Position numbers and translations under genes: made by a program
In this document: positions 36,800 through 47,811 of the stretch, one piece after another
How the letters are laid out: each line of letters begins with the position of its first letter
Numbering within the stretch: the stretch's first letter is position 1
Notes under the pieces: generated by a model
What the model was told of the DNA's origin: nothing
What the model saw: only the letters and a program-made list of their open reading frames with translations
Database searches by the model: none
From: Deltaproteobacteria bacterium
GTDB lineage: Bacteria > Desulfobacterota > DSM-4660 > Desulfatiglandales > Desulfatiglandaceae
Assembly: GCA_036733345.1 (NCBI GenBank)
Contig: DAINAR010000003.1
Coordinates: forward strand, 8,052 to 72,051
Reading direction: 5' to 3'
Length of the DNA: 64,000 nt

Positions 36800-38234
36800 G
36801 AAGGCGTCATTTATCAGGTATCCACGGAGAGACGCTTCATATCGTCCAGTATATGAACGTCTGAGGGATTACAACGCCGTAGAGTTGTCCCTGACCTTTG
36901 AAGATACCCTTATGCAGGCTGAACGGTGCATGGAGTGCGGCACGCCTTTCTGCCATGCCTACGGGTGTCCTCTGGGAAATATTGTTCCTGAATTCAATAA
37001 TGCTGCACGAATGGCAAACTGGAAGAAGGCTCTTGATCTTTTACTGTCAACCAACAACTTTCCGGAATTTACAGGCCGTATCTGTCCTGCACCCTGTGAA
37101 GCCTCGTGCGTTGCAGGAATCAATCGAGATCCTGTGAATATAAGGCAGATCGAACTGGCAATTATTGAAAAGGGTTTTGAGAATGGCTATATACATGCGG
37201 AATTGCCTTCTATCAGATTCAAGGAGAAAGTGGCCATTGTTGGTTCGGGCCCGGCCGGGCTTGCTGCAGCCGATATGCTGAACAGATCAGGGTATGATGT
37301 GACTGTCTTTGAAAGCAGTAAGAAGCCGGGAGGCCTTCTCAGATATGGGGTGCCTGATTTCAAGCTTGAAAAGTGGGTAGTTGAACGTCGCATAGACCTG
37401 ATGAAAAAACAGGGGATTGTTTTTGAAACCGGTGTGAAAGTCGGGAAGGATATTTCATACGGTTATCTATCAGGGCATTTTGATGCAATATGCCTTGCAT
37501 GCGGGCCCGGTGAGCCTCGGGATTTGCCTGTTCAGGGACGAAGTTTAAAAGGTATCTATTTTGCAATGGACTATCTGGTTCAGCAGAACAGGAGGATTTC
37601 AGGCGAGAAAGCAGACCCGTCACAGGAAATTACTGCCTCAGGAAAGACAGTTGTAGTTATAGGCGGCGGAGATACCGGCTCAGACTGCCTTGGAACAGCC
37701 CTGCGTCAGGGTGCAGAAAAGGTATATCAGTTTGAGATCATGCCTGAACCTCCGACTGAAAGGCCTGAATCAACTCCGTGGCCAGAATGGCCTGCAATAC
37801 TGCGCGAAACTCATGCACACAAGGAGGGAGGGGAAAGACGCTGGTCTGTTATGACCAAGGAATTCATGGGTGAAAACGGAATCCTGAAAGGGCTGCGATG
37901 TGCTGAAGTGGAGTGGAAGACAACCGAAGAAGGAAGGGTTCATGTGCCTGAAGAAATACCCGGAACGGAATTTGATGTAAAAGCCGATCTTGTTATCCTT
38001 GCAATGGGTTTTGTGGGCCGGAAAAAGACCGGTATTGTTGAAAGATTTGGAATTGAACTGGACAGCAGGGGAAACATCAGGGCTGATGAGCGTAATATGA
38101 CAAAGGTAAGCGGGTTGTTTATTGCGGGAGACATGAATATGGGGCAGTCACTGGTTGTCAGTGCGATAGCGGATGGCAGAAGGGCGGCTCAGGGAATTAT
38201 GGCATATTTGGCAAAAAGGGCAGGAAAAAAGTGA
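36792..38234 (+). CDS. gltD: Glutamate synthase small subunit (NADPH)
   Basis: CMECGTPFC...CPLGN Fe-S motifs and VAIVGSGPAGLAAA. The ATG at 36792 overlaps the gltB stop (ATGGATGA); the track start is 36765. Confidence 0.92.
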   Translation: MDEKASFIRYPRRDASYRPVYERLRDYNAVELSLTFEDTLMQAERCMECGTPFCHAYGCPLGNIVPEFNNAARMANWKKALDLLLSTNNFPEFTGRICPAPCEASCVAGINRDPVNIRQIELAIIEKGFENGYIHAELPSIRFKEKVAIVGSGPAGLAAADMLNRSGYDVTVFESSKKPGGLLRYGVPDFKLEKWVVERRIDLMKKQGIVFETGVKVGKDISYGYLSGHFDAICLACGPGEPRDLPVQGRSLKGIYFAMDYLVQQNRRISGEKADPSQEITASGKTVVVIGGGDTGSDCLGTALRQGAEKVYQFEIMPEPPTERPESTPWPEWPAILRETHAHKEGGERRWSVMTKEFMGENGILKGLRCAEVEWKTTEEGRVHVPEEIPGTEFDVKADLVILAMGFVGRKKTGIVERFGIELDSRGNIRADERNMTKVSGLFIAGDMNMGQSLVVSAIADGRRAAQGIMAYLAKRAGKK

Positions 38235-38869
38235 TTTCAATTATTGATTATGAAGCCGGAAACCTGAAAAGCGTTGAGCGTGCCCTGAAAAAACTTGGAT
38301 TTGCCTGCATTATAACTCAGAATAAGGAAGAAATTAACAGATCCGAAAGGATCATATTCCCCGGGGTAGGGGCAGCAGGGAAGGCAATTGCTGATTTAAG
38401 AAGGCTTGGTCTTGATAATGTTCTGATAAAAGCATTTGAGGAGGGTAAGCCCATTCTCGGGATTTGTCTGGGTGCCCAGATAATACTTGAAAAGAGCGAA
38501 GAAAATCTCACTAAATGCCTTGGATTGATTCCAGGAGAGGTAAGATTATTTCCCCGTCCTCTATTCTCATCTGATAAAGAGCGTCTCAAAATTCCCCACA
38601 TGGGCTGGAACGGCATAGAGATAATAAAAAGGCATCCGGTTTTAAATGGAGTCGGGCCGGATGATGAATTCTATTTTGTTCATTCATATTATGTTAAACC
38701 CGCTTCAGACGAATATTTAATCGGAGTTACCGAATACGGGATAGAGTTTTGTTCCATAATAGGATACAGAAATTTGATTGCCGTACAATTTCATCTGGAA
38801 AAGAGCGGCTCCCCCGGTCTGAGAATACTGAAAAATTTCTGCAAATGGGATGGAACCTATAATGCTTAG
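38231..38869 (+). CDS. hisH: Imidazole glycerol phosphate synthase, glutamine amidotransferase subunit
   Basis: [28 protein letters not shown] and FVHSYY motifs. GTG start overlapping the gltD stop (GTGA). Confidence 0.9.
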   Translation: MISIIDYEAGNLKSVERALKKLGFACIITQNKEEINRSERIIFPGVGAAGKAIADLRRLGLDNVLIKAFEEGKPILGICLGAQIILEKSEENLTKCLGLIPGEVRLFPRPLFSSDKERLKIPHMGWNGIEIIKRHPVLNGVGPDDEFYFVHSYYVKPASDEYLIGVTEYGIEFCSIIGYRNLIAVQFHLEKSGSPGLRILKNFCKWDGTYNA

Positions 38870-39641
38870 CAAAAGGATCATACCCTGCCTGGATGTAAGG
38901 GATGGTAAGACCACCAAGGGAATAAAATTTAAAGAAAATATAGATATTGGTGATCCTGTGGAGATGGCCAGATTCTATTATGAAGAGGGGGCTGATGAGA
39001 TTGTCTTTTATGATATTACAGCGTCGAGTGATCGCCGTGATATTATGATTGACGTAGTTCGTCGCGTAGCTGAAACTATTTTTATACCCTTTTCTGTTGG
39101 AGGGGGGATCAGGACAATTCAGGATATGCGCAGTGTTCTTCTGGCAGGTGCCGAGAAGGTAAGCGTCAACAGCGGGGCTGTTGAAAATCCAGGGATCATA
39201 TCACAAGGGGCTCTTGCCTTTGGAAGCCAGTGCATTGTGCTCGGAATGGATGTAAAAAAGGTCAAAAAATCAAAAGAAATCCCTTCAGGTTATGAGATAG
39301 TAATTCATGGCGGAAGAAAAAATACAGGCATTGATGCACTTTATTGGGCCAAAAAGGCTGAAGAATTGGGCGCAGGAGAAATATGCCTGAATTCCATTGA
39401 TGCGGACGGCACTAAAGAAGGATATGAGTTGATACTGACCTCACTTATCTCTGATAATGTAAATATCCCGGTAATAGCATCAGGAGGTGCGGGTAGCATA
39501 GAACATATTTATGAAGCGCTGGTAAATGCGAGAGCGGATGCGGCCCTGATAGCTTCTGTTGTACACTATGAAACCTTTTCAATCAGAAATATCAAAGAGG
39601 AACTGAATTCCCGCGGGGTTAAGGTACGCAGGGTATGGTAA
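38862..39641 (+). CDS. hisF: Imidazole glycerol phosphate synthase, cyclase subunit
   Basis: [16 protein letters not shown]..., SVGGGIR and ASGGAG motifs. The ATG overlaps the hisH stop. Confidence 0.92.
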   Translation: MLSKRIIPCLDVRDGKTTKGIKFKENIDIGDPVEMARFYYEEGADEIVFYDITASSDRRDIMIDVVRRVAETIFIPFSVGGGIRTIQDMRSVLLAGAEKVSVNSGAVENPGIISQGALAFGSQCIVLGMDVKKVKKSKEIPSGYEIVIHGGRKNTGIDALYWAKKAEELGAGEICLNSIDADGTKEGYELILTSLISDNVNIPVIASGGAGSIEHIYEALVNARADAALIASVVHYETFSIRNIKEELNSRGVKVRRVW

Positions 39642-39657
39642 GAATCAGAAAAATAAT

Positions 39658-40791
39658 ATGAAAGCATTACTGGCATTGGAAGATGGGAAGGTTTTTACCG
39701 GCAGATCCTTTACCGGTCACGGAGAGACAGCAGGAGAGGTCGTTTTCAATACGAGCATGTGCGGTTATCAGGAGATATTGACTGATCCTTCATACTGCGG
39801 CCAGATGGTTAATATGACATATCCTTTGATCGGCAACTATGGCGTCAATGAAAATGATGTCGAATCTGAAAGGATACAGGTCAAGGCAATGCTGGTAAAA
39901 GAATACCAGAGATATCCCAGCAACTTCAGATCGCAGGGAGATCTCTCGTATTATCTTCAGTCAGGACATGTGCTTGGAATTGAAGGAATTGATACAAGAG
40001 CCCTCACAAGACATATAAGAGTACAGGGGGCAATGAAGGCTGCGATTTCAACATTGGACCTGAATCCTGTCTCAATGGTGGAAAAGGCAAGGCGGTCACC
40101 AGCTATGGCCGGCCGTGACCTGGCCTGTGAAGTTACATGCAGGGAGCCCATGGCCTGGATGAACAATCGGTTGGTAAGGATTCCTGGAGGGCTTGAAGGA
40201 TTTAAATGGCCTGAAGGTAAAAATACATGGCGTGTAGTGGCCATAGACTTTGGAGTTAAACTTAATATACTCAGGGAGTTGGATAAGAGAGGGTGTTCCG
40301 TCATTCTCCTGCCGGCATATGCGGATAGTGAGGCTGTTAAAAGGCTAAAACCGCATGGGCTTTTTCTGAGTAACGGGCCCGGAGACCCTGCCGCAGTGAC
40401 CTATGCAGTAAAGACTATCAGAGACCTGATAGGCAGTATTCCTATATTCGGGATATGCCTCGGACATCAGCTGATTGGACTGGCCCTTGGAGGTAAGACA
40501 TTTAAACTGAAATTCGGTCATCGCGGAGCAAACCAGCCTGTCCTTAATCTTGCAACAGGCCGGGTTGAGATAACCTCTCAGAATCATGGCTTCTGTGTGG
40601 ACATAGAGTCACTAAATGATCCTGATATCGAAGTAAGCCATATTAACCTCAATGACAGGACAGTTGAAGGGCTTGTACATAAGAAATTCCCATTGTTTTC
40701 AGTCCAGTATCACCCTGAGGCCTCCCCCGGACCTAATGATGCTACATATCTCTTTGACAGGTTCATAGGGATGATGGAACATACTTTATGA
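39658..40791 (+). CDS. carA: Carbamoyl-phosphate synthase small (glutaminase) subunit
   Basis: FNTSMCGYQEILTDPSY, GICLGHQ, GHRGANQPV and VQYHPEA motifs. Confidence 0.94.
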   Translation: MKALLALEDGKVFTGRSFTGHGETAGEVVFNTSMCGYQEILTDPSYCGQMVNMTYPLIGNYGVNENDVESERIQVKAMLVKEYQRYPSNFRSQGDLSYYLQSGHVLGIEGIDTRALTRHIRVQGAMKAAISTLDLNPVSMVEKARRSPAMAGRDLACEVTCREPMAWMNNRLVRIPGGLEGFKWPEGKNTWRVVAIDFGVKLNILRELDKRGCSVILLPAYADSEAVKRLKPHGLFLSNGPGDPAAVTYAVKTIRDLIGSIPIFGICLGHQLIGLALGGKTFKLKFGHRGANQPVLNLATGRVEITSQNHGFCVDIESLNDPDIEVSHINLNDRTVEGLVHKKFPLFSVQYHPEASPGPNDATYLFDRFIGMMEHTL

Positions 40792-40846
40792 ACCTCTAAT
40801 AACTCTAATATCAGATAATTGTCCATAGACAGGACTTTAAATAATT

Positions 40847-43800
40847 ATGCCTAAACGCTCCGATATAAAAAAGATTCTTATAATCGGCTCAGGTCCGATA
40901 GTAATAGGGCAGGCATGTGAGTTCGACTATTCGGGAACCCAGGCATGCAAGGCTTTGATGGAAGAAGGGTTTGAGGTAGTGCTGGTAAACAGCAATCCCG
41001 CAACCATAATGACTGATCCCGGAACCGCACATCGCACTTATATTGAACCGATCACTCCTGAGATTGTGGCAAAGGTTATAGAGCGAGAACGTCCTGATGC
41101 TGTTTTGCCCACCCTTGGTGGTCAGACCGGTTTGAACGTTGTGGTGCAAGTTGCACAGTCCGGGCTCCTGGATGAGCTGGGTGTGGAGGTTATCGGGGCC
41201 TCAATTCCCGTAATACTAAAGGCGGAAGATCGTGAGCAGTTCCGAAATGCTATGAATCGTATAGGTCTGCGTGTGCCTAAAAACGGCATCGCAAGAGACA
41301 TGGATCAGGCCAGGCAGGTGGCTGAAGAAATAGGTTATCCGCTGATTGTCAGGGCAAGCTTTACCCTGGGAGGGATAGGCAGCGGCGTTGCCTATAATCG
41401 TGAGGAGTTTGAAACACTTGCAAGCTCAGGCCTTGATGCAAGTATGATTTCCGAAATCATAATTGAAGAGTCCCTTATTGGCTGGAAGGAATTTGAACTG
41501 GAAGTAATGAGAGACCGCATGGACAATGTGGTTATTATTTGTTCCATCGAAAATTTTGATCCAATGGGAATCCATACGGGAGACAGCATTACCGTCGCTC
41601 CGGCTCAGACCCTTTCAGACAAAGAATACCAGGCCATGCGTAATGCAGCCATATCAATCATAAGAGAGATAGGCGTTGAAACAGGCGGTTCCAATATCCA
41701 GTTTGCTGTTCATCCTCAAAATGGAGAGATGGTAGTTATAGAGATGAATCCCAGGGTATCCAGAAGCTCGGCACTGGCTTCAAAGGCTACAGGATTCCCC
41801 ATTGCAAAGATTGCAGCCAAGCTTGCCGTAGGATATTCCCTTAACGAGATCCCGAATGATATCACACGCGAAACATTTGCTTCCTTTGAACCGGCAATTG
41901 ATTACTGCGTTGTCAAGATACCCCGGTGGACGTTTGAAAAATTCCACGGATCTGAAGACATATTGACTACCTCGATGAAGTCGGTCGGTGAAACCATGGC
42001 TATAGGCAGGACCTTCAAGGAAGCCCTGCAAAAGGCTGTCAGATCCCTGGAGGTGGGGCGATTCGGCCTTGGTTCCGCAATCATGTCCTCAGGAAAAAAT
42101 TCCAGCCCTGATCTGAACGCAATTGAAAAGGGGCTTATATATCCAAACTCAAATCGATTATTCAATATTTATAATGCCATTGGATCAGGGATCAGCCTGG
42201 AAAGAATTAATGAACTGACCTCAATCGATATATGGTTTCTATATAATATTAAACAGATATATGAGTTAGAAGAGAAGTTGAATGATACGGCACGGAATGG
42301 AATTCAGCTTGAATCTGTGGAGCATGAATTCCTGAAAAAGGTAAAAGAATATGGCTTTTCCGATATCCAGATAGCAAAGACCTTTAATGCCAGTGAACAG
42401 AACGTGCGGGAAATTAGAAGGGAAAAGGCAGTAGCTCCGGTCTTTAAATTAGTTGACACATGTGCAGCAGAGTTTGAAGCCTACACCCCATATTATTATT
42501 CAAGCTATGATCAGGAGAATGAGATTCGCAGGTCGGAAAAAAGGAAGGTAATGATTCTTGGAGGAGGCCCTAACAGGATAGGGCAGGGCATTGAATTTGA
42601 CTACTGCTGTGTGCAGGCATCATTCGCTTTAAAAGAGATAGGGGTAGAGAGCATAATGGTCAACAGTAATCCGGAGACGGTAAGTACGGATTATGATACC
42701 TCTGACAAACTTTATTTCGAACCATTGACCAGGGAGGATGTGCTGAATATATACGAGCAGGAAAAGGCAGAAGGCATAATCGTACAGTTCGGAGGACAGA
42801 CCCCTCTCAATATTTCTGTTCAACTGGCTGAGGCCGGAGCAACGATTCTTGGAACAAGCCCTGACAGCATAGACATGGCAGAAGACAGGGAACGTTTTCA
42901 GGACCTGCTCATTAAATTAAACATATTACAGCCGAAAAACGGGATCGCATTTACCGAGGAGGAAGCAGCCGGTATAGCGGAAGAGGTGGGTTACCCTGTG
43001 ATAGTAAGACCGTCATTTGTGCTGGGCGGTCGAGGAATGGAAATTGTTTATGATAAGGAAGACCTGATGCGTTATATTGAAACGGCTGTTCTTGTAACTC
43101 CCGGCAAACCCATATTGATTGACAGATTCCTTGACAACGCCATAGAGGTGGATGTTGATGCCATCTCGGATGGAACCGATACCATAATAGGCGGGATTAT
43201 GGAACATATTGAAGAGGCAGGCATACACAGCGGAGACAGCGCCTGTGTCCTTCCACCTATTTCCATTAAAGCCGAAACGCTTGAAAAAATCAAGGATCAT
43301 ACAAGAGCTATTGCCAGAGAGCTCAAAGTGATAGGCCTGATGAATATACAGTATGCCATAAAAGATAATGATGTCTATGTGCTTGAAGTTAATCCCAGGG
43401 CGTCAAGAACCATACCATTTGTGAGCAAGGCTACCGGTGTTCCTTTAGCAAAGCTTGCCACCAAGGTAATAATGGGGAGCCTTCTGAGGGATCTGGGTAT
43501 TACTGATGAAGTTGATCCGCCATATATTTCCTGCAAGGAAGCTGTTTTTCCTTTTGCCAGATTTTCAGGAGTTGATACGGTTCTGGGGCCTGAAATGAGA
43601 TCCACAGGAGAGGTGATGGGTGTTGACAGGTCTTTTGGACTTGCTTTTGCCAAGTCACAAATAGCTGCAGGCCAGAGACTTCCGCTTTCCGGAACGGTTT
43701 TTATAAGCGTAAGGGATGAAGACAAGATTAAAATACCTGAAACTGCAAAAATCCTTTATGATCTTGGTTTTAAGATCGTTGCAACTCGAGGGACATCTAC

Positions 43801-44095
43801 ATTTCTTTCATCTTATGGAATATTAAATGAAGCGGTCAAAAAGGTCAGGGAAGGAAGACCTCATACTGTAGACATGATAAAGAACGGCAATATTGACCTT
43901 GTAATAAACACAACAGGAAATAAGAAAGCGGTATCCGAATCCTACTCGATCAGGCGTACGGCACTGATGTTTAATATACCCTATACAACTACAACCGCAG
44001 GCGCACTCGCAACGGCAAGGGCTATCAAATCTCTGAAAGAAGGCAGTCTTGAGGTAAAGACGATACAGGAATATCATACCCTGCTTAGTAGTTAA
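40847..44095 (+). CDS. carB: Carbamoyl-phosphate synthase large subunit
   Basis: Duplicated ATP-grasp halves ([24 protein letters not shown]; [21 protein letters not shown]) and an MGS-like C-terminus. 1082 aa. Confidence 0.95.
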   Translation: MPKRSDIKKILIIGSGPIVIGQACEFDYSGTQACKALMEEGFEVVLVNSNPATIMTDPGTAHRTYIEPITPEIVAKVIERERPDAVLPTLGGQTGLNVVVQVAQSGLLDELGVEVIGASIPVILKAEDREQFRNAMNRIGLRVPKNGIARDMDQARQVAEEIGYPLIVRASFTLGGIGSGVAYNREEFETLASSGLDASMISEIIIEESLIGWKEFELEVMRDRMDNVVIICSIENFDPMGIHTGDSITVAPAQTLSDKEYQAMRNAAISIIREIGVETGGSNIQFAVHPQNGEMVVIEMNPRVSRSSALASKATGFPIAKIAAKLAVGYSLNEIPNDITRETFASFEPAIDYCVVKIPRWTFEKFHGSEDILTTSMKSVGETMAIGRTFKEALQKAVRSLEVGRFGLGSAIMSSGKNSSPDLNAIEKGLIYPNSNRLFNIYNAIGSGISLERINELTSIDIWFLYNIKQIYELEEKLNDTARNGIQLESVEHEFLKKVKEYGFSDIQIAKTFNASEQNVREIRREKAVAPVFKLVDTCAAEFEAYTPYYYSSYDQENEIRRSEKRKVMILGGGPNRIGQGIEFDYCCVQASFALKEIGVESIMVNSNPETVSTDYDTSDKLYFEPLTREDVLNIYEQEKAEGIIVQFGGQTPLNISVQLAEAGATILGTSPDSIDMAEDRERFQDLLIKLNILQPKNGIAFTEEEAAGIAEEVGYPVIVRPSFVLGGRGMEIVYDKEDLMRYIETAVLVTPGKPILIDRFLDNAIEVDVDAISDGTDTIIGGIMEHIEEAGIHSGDSACVLPPISIKAETLEKIKDHTRAIARELKVIGLMNIQYAIKDNDVYVLEVNPRASRTIPFVSKATGVPLAKLATKVIMGSLLRDLGITDEVDPPYISCKEAVFPFARFSGVDTVLGPEMRSTGEVMGVDRSFGLAFAKSQIAAGQRLPLSGTVFISVRDEDKIKIPETAKILYDLGFKIVATRGTSTFLSSYGILNEAVKKVREGRPHTVDMIKNGNIDLVINTTGNKKAVSESYSIRRTALMFNIPYTTTTAGALATARAIKSLKEGSLEVKTIQEYHTLLSS

Positions 44096-44153
44096 TTTTT
44101 ATCAGTTAATAGTCAACTGTTGATAGTTACTACATAAGTGGAAAGAGATAGAA

Positions 44154-45584
44154 ATGAACAGAAACGACAAACAAATAACCAATCCAGGGAATTTGCTTTC
44201 CCGCAGGCCAAGAGAGGAATGCGGGATTTTTGCAGTATATGGCCATGAGGATGCTGCCAAACTCACCTATTTCGGGCTCTATGCCTTGCAGCACAGGGGT
44301 CAGGAAAGTGCCGGCATTGTCATATCCAATGAAAAGATCGTTTCTGAACATAAGGACATGGGCCTTGTTCCTGATGTGTTTGACGAAGATACCCTGAACA
44401 GACTCAAAGGGCATATAGGTATCGGGCATGTGAGGTATTCCACAACAGGTTCATCCCTTCTTGTAAACGCTCAGCCGTTCAGGATTAAATTTTCCGGAAA
44501 GTCCCTTGCAATCGCACATAACGGCAACCTTGTAAATGCCCAAAATATTAGATCTGAGCTGGAAGATAATGGATCTATATTCCAGACAACCATGGACAGT
44601 GAAGTTGTGCTGCATCTGATTGCAAAACATCTCAGAATGGGACTGGAACAGGCAATGGTTGAAACCATGGGCCGGATCAGAGGGGCCTATTCAATGCTTA
44701 TTATGACTGAAGATACTATAATCGCGGCCAGGGATCCAAACGGCTTCAGGCCGCTTTGCCTTGGAAAGATTAACGGGGGTTATGTCATAGCCTCGGAAAC
44801 CTGCGCATTTGATCTGGTGGAAGCCGAATATATAAGAGATGTTGAGCCGGGAGAGATCCTGATAATCAATAAGGATGGCCTTTTAAGTATTCCTTCTGTT
44901 GTAAAAACTAGAAAGAGCCACTGCATATTTGAGCTGATCTATTTTGCAAGGCCGGACAGTACGGTGTTCGGACGAAATGTATACATGTTTCGCAAAAAAC
45001 AGGGTGAACTGCTTGCGGAACAATTTCCACTGGAAGTTGATCTTGTCATGCCTTTCCCGGATTCCGGCAACTACGCTGCTATCGGCTATGCGAAGGCATC
45101 CGGTGTCCCTATGGAGATGGGCATGATAAGAAACCATTATATTGGCAGAACTTTTATCCAGCCGTCTCAGAGCATGAGAGACTTCGGGGTAAAGGTCAAA
45201 CTTAACCCTGTAAAGGAATTATTGAAAAATAAGCGGGTCCTGATCATAGAGGACTCGATTATTCGTGGGACCACTGCTCGAAGCAGAATTAAGACTTTGA
45301 GGAAGATGGGTACACGGGAAATCCATATGCTTGTCAGTTGCCCACCGCACAGGTTCCCCTGTTTCTATGGAATAGATTTTTCAACAAAGGGTGAATTGAT
45401 TGCATCCAGGAAATCAGTTGAAGAGATACGGGATTTTATAGGCCTGGACAGCCTTGGATATTTAAGCATGGAAAATCTGGTTAAATCTGCATCTATTTCT
45501 GAAGACGAACTCTGCCTTGCCTGTTTTAACGGCGAATATCCGGTTCCTGTTGACGAGAATTACTGCAAATACTGCCTTGAATGA
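44154..45584 (+). CDS. purF: Amidophosphoribosyltransferase (glutamine PRPP amidotransferase), propeptide / Fe-S type
   Basis: ECGIFAVYGH Ntn Cys after a propeptide of about 23 aa, PRT motif VLIIEDSIIRGTT, C-terminal Cys cluster (CLACFNGEYP). Confidence 0.93.
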   Translation: MNRNDKQITNPGNLLSRRPREECGIFAVYGHEDAAKLTYFGLYALQHRGQESAGIVISNEKIVSEHKDMGLVPDVFDEDTLNRLKGHIGIGHVRYSTTGSSLLVNAQPFRIKFSGKSLAIAHNGNLVNAQNIRSELEDNGSIFQTTMDSEVVLHLIAKHLRMGLEQAMVETMGRIRGAYSMLIMTEDTIIAARDPNGFRPLCLGKINGGYVIASETCAFDLVEAEYIRDVEPGEILIINKDGLLSIPSVVKTRKSHCIFELIYFARPDSTVFGRNVYMFRKKQGELLAEQFPLEVDLVMPFPDSGNYAAIGYAKASGVPMEMGMIRNHYIGRTFIQPSQSMRDFGVKVKLNPVKELLKNKRVLIIEDSIIRGTTARSRIKTLRKMGTREIHMLVSCPPHRFPCFYGIDFSTKGELIASRKSVEEIRDFIGLDSLGYLSMENLVKSASISEDELCLACFNGEYPVPVDENYCKYCLE

Positions 45585-45599
45585 CAAAATATGAATTAA

Positions 45600-46076
45600 T
45601 TAGATATTTTCTTCTCTATTTTTTATGGAGTCTCCATTTCTTGAATGTGCCCCGGCTCGCAGGCTTGAAAACCTGTTTTCGATTACCCCGATGCCAAACA
45701 GAAATAATAATGTAATTACTGCAATAACAATTGCTTCCAGGAAATGATTGAATCCTATCATTGAACCTATTCCGGCCAGTACCCAGATTACGGACGCGGA
45801 TGTAATTCCTACTACCAATCCTTCGCGGGCAATGATGACGCCTGCTCCGAGAAATCCAATGCCTGTAACAACCTGGCCCAGGACACGTGTTACATCCACA
45901 TTTGCGCCTGAGTTTGCTGCTCCCAAGCTGATAAAGATATTTGTGCCAAGACAGATAAAGATGCTTGTCCGGATCCCTGATGGCTTTCCTTTTAATTGCC
46001 TTTCAAGGCCTATAATACCCCCGCATAAAATGGATAGAACGATTTTTATCCAGAATTCTATTGTAGTAATATCCAT
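45600..46076 (-). CDS. mgtC: MgtC/SapB family membrane protein
   Basis: GLERQLKGKPSGIRTSIFICLG motif; 4-5 TM helices. Confidence 0.8.
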   Translation of the reverse strand: MDITTIEFWIKIVLSILCGGIIGLERQLKGKPSGIRTSIFICLGTNIFISLGAANSGANVDVTRVLGQVVTGIGFLGAGVIIAREGLVVGITSASVIWVLAGIGSMIGFNHFLEAIVIAVITLLFLFGIGVIENRFSSLRAGAHSRNGDSIKNREENI

Positions 46077-46408
46077 TGTTTTATATTCTTACTGAATTTG
46101 TAATTTATCTTTAAAATAATAGTACTGTTAAATAATGCTCATGTTAAAAAAAGAATAAACTTTGACTGAATTGACAATCAATCAACAGTCGAGCAACCGC
46201 AAGAAAACTATATTATATTAAACCCTCATAAATCAGTAGTCCATAATAAAGTTGGAACCATGACATGGGTAGTATCCGCAGGCAGATCATGATGAAACCT
46301 TGGTTAGGGGAGGTGCAGATATTTCAATGAAAAGGCAAGCGTAGTTTCGCTCTGATCAGCCGGCAGATGCAGGCCCGGCATATCGAAATCACAGAGCTGG
46401 GATATGAA

Positions 46409-47629
46409 TTAGCCGGTTCTAAATCCCTTAAAATCGCTTCCTGCTGGATTCTGAAAAATCTTTAATTCAAAATGAGGTACAACAGCAAATATATGGTCGA
46501 ATATGTCCGACTGAATATCTTCATATTTGGCCCATTCAGTTGTATTGGCAAACACATATATTTCTATCGGAAGGCCGGTTGGTCCGGGATCGAGCTGGCG
46601 CACTAAAAAAGTCAGGTTGGTATTTATATCCTCTCTCCGTTTGAGGTATTCCTTTAAATAGGCCCTGAACGTACCTATGTTAGTAAGCCTTCTACCGTTT
46701 ACCGGGACAGTGACATCTATATTGTATTTTTTGTTGTATTCTTCAATTTCACTTTTTCTGGTCTTAAGATATTCTGAAAGTGATTGTATCTTTGAAAGCC
46801 TTTCATAAAGATCATCATCCAGAAACTTAACGCTTGAAAGGTCGATATAAATAGAACGCTTAATCCTCCTTCCGCCTGTTTCTTTCATGCCGCGCCAGTT
46901 TTTGAAGGATTCTTCAATCAGTTTATAGGTAGGAATGACAGTAATAGTCTTGTCCCAGTTCTGGATTTTGACAGTATGAAGCGCGATATCTATAACATCA
47001 CCGTCAGCACCGTATTTCTGAACCTCAATCCAGTCGCCTTTTTTTATCAGATCATAGGAAGATATCTGAATGCTTGCAACAAATGAGAGTATTGTATCTC
47101 GAAATACAAGAATAATAACAGCAGTCAGAGCGCCAAGCCCGGTGATAAGGGTCCATGGCTTCTGAGCTGTTAAAATTCCGACGACTATTATTACACCAAA
47201 TATATAAATGAATATCTTAATGAGTTGAACATAACCTTTTATCGGACGGTCACGGAATCTGGGTATCCTTTCATAAATATTATTCAGGGAGTTTGTTAAT
47301 GAGCCGAATATGAGCAGGAATATCAGAACCATCAGGGCATTAAGAATCTTTCCGATAAGGCTCCCTGCGTCCGGGAGAAGATAAACAAACTGCTGCAGAA
47401 CAAGAACGGGCGGAATATATGATATCCTCCTGAGCAGCTTCTCATTTAATACTATGTCATCCCATTCAATGCTTGTTTTGCTGACGACTTTTGATATGTA
47501 TTTCAGAATAATTTTTTTTGTAATTACATAAGAAATAAACGCAAGAAAGAGGATACCCAGAAATTTTATGTTTTCAATCAATACCGGGTATTGTTCAAGC
47601 CATTTATTGATATTGAAGATGGTTTCCAA
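46409..47629 (-). CDS. Mechanosensitive ion channel (MscS family) protein
   Basis: TM helices followed by GDWIEV...GDVIDIALHTVKIQNWDKTITVIPTYKLIEESFKNW (MscS beta-domain pattern). Confidence 0.82.
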   Translation of the reverse strand: METIFNINKWLEQYPVLIENIKFLGILFLAFISYVITKKIILKYISKVVSKTSIEWDDIVLNEKLLRRISYIPPVLVLQQFVYLLPDAGSLIGKILNALMVLIFLLIFGSLTNSLNNIYERIPRFRDRPIKGYVQLIKIFIYIFGVIIVVGILTAQKPWTLITGLGALTAVIILVFRDTILSFVASIQISSYDLIKKGDWIEVQKYGADGDVIDIALHTVKIQNWDKTITVIPTYKLIEESFKNWRGMKETGGRRIKRSIYIDLSSVKFLDDDLYERLSKIQSLSEYLKTRKSEIEEYNKKYNIDVTVPVNGRRLTNIGTFRAYLKEYLKRREDINTNLTFLVRQLDPGPTGLPIEIYVFANTTEWAKYEDIQSDIFDHIFAVVPHFELKIFQNPAGSDFKGFRTG

Positions 47630-47811
47630 TTTAGCATGTTCCTTCCATATTGCTGAATATTCTTTTTGAACAAATTAACAGAAGTAGGTGCCAAAGACAA
47701 GTCGAAGATACCGCTCTCTTATCCAAGGAAAGAGTTATTAGAATCCGCAGAGAAAATGTTTGTTCAAAGCAATGATCAGATCTGTTTCCTGTTGACCAAA
47801 TCCCTACGATA

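Noticed and set aside
46300-46322. M-box (Mg2+) riboswitch controlling mgtC.
   Set aside because: The GUUAGGGGAGGU motif is on the plus strand, whereas mgtC is on the minus strand, so the motif points away from it. I could not recognise the remaining conserved M-box helices. It is kept only as a low-interest oddity.
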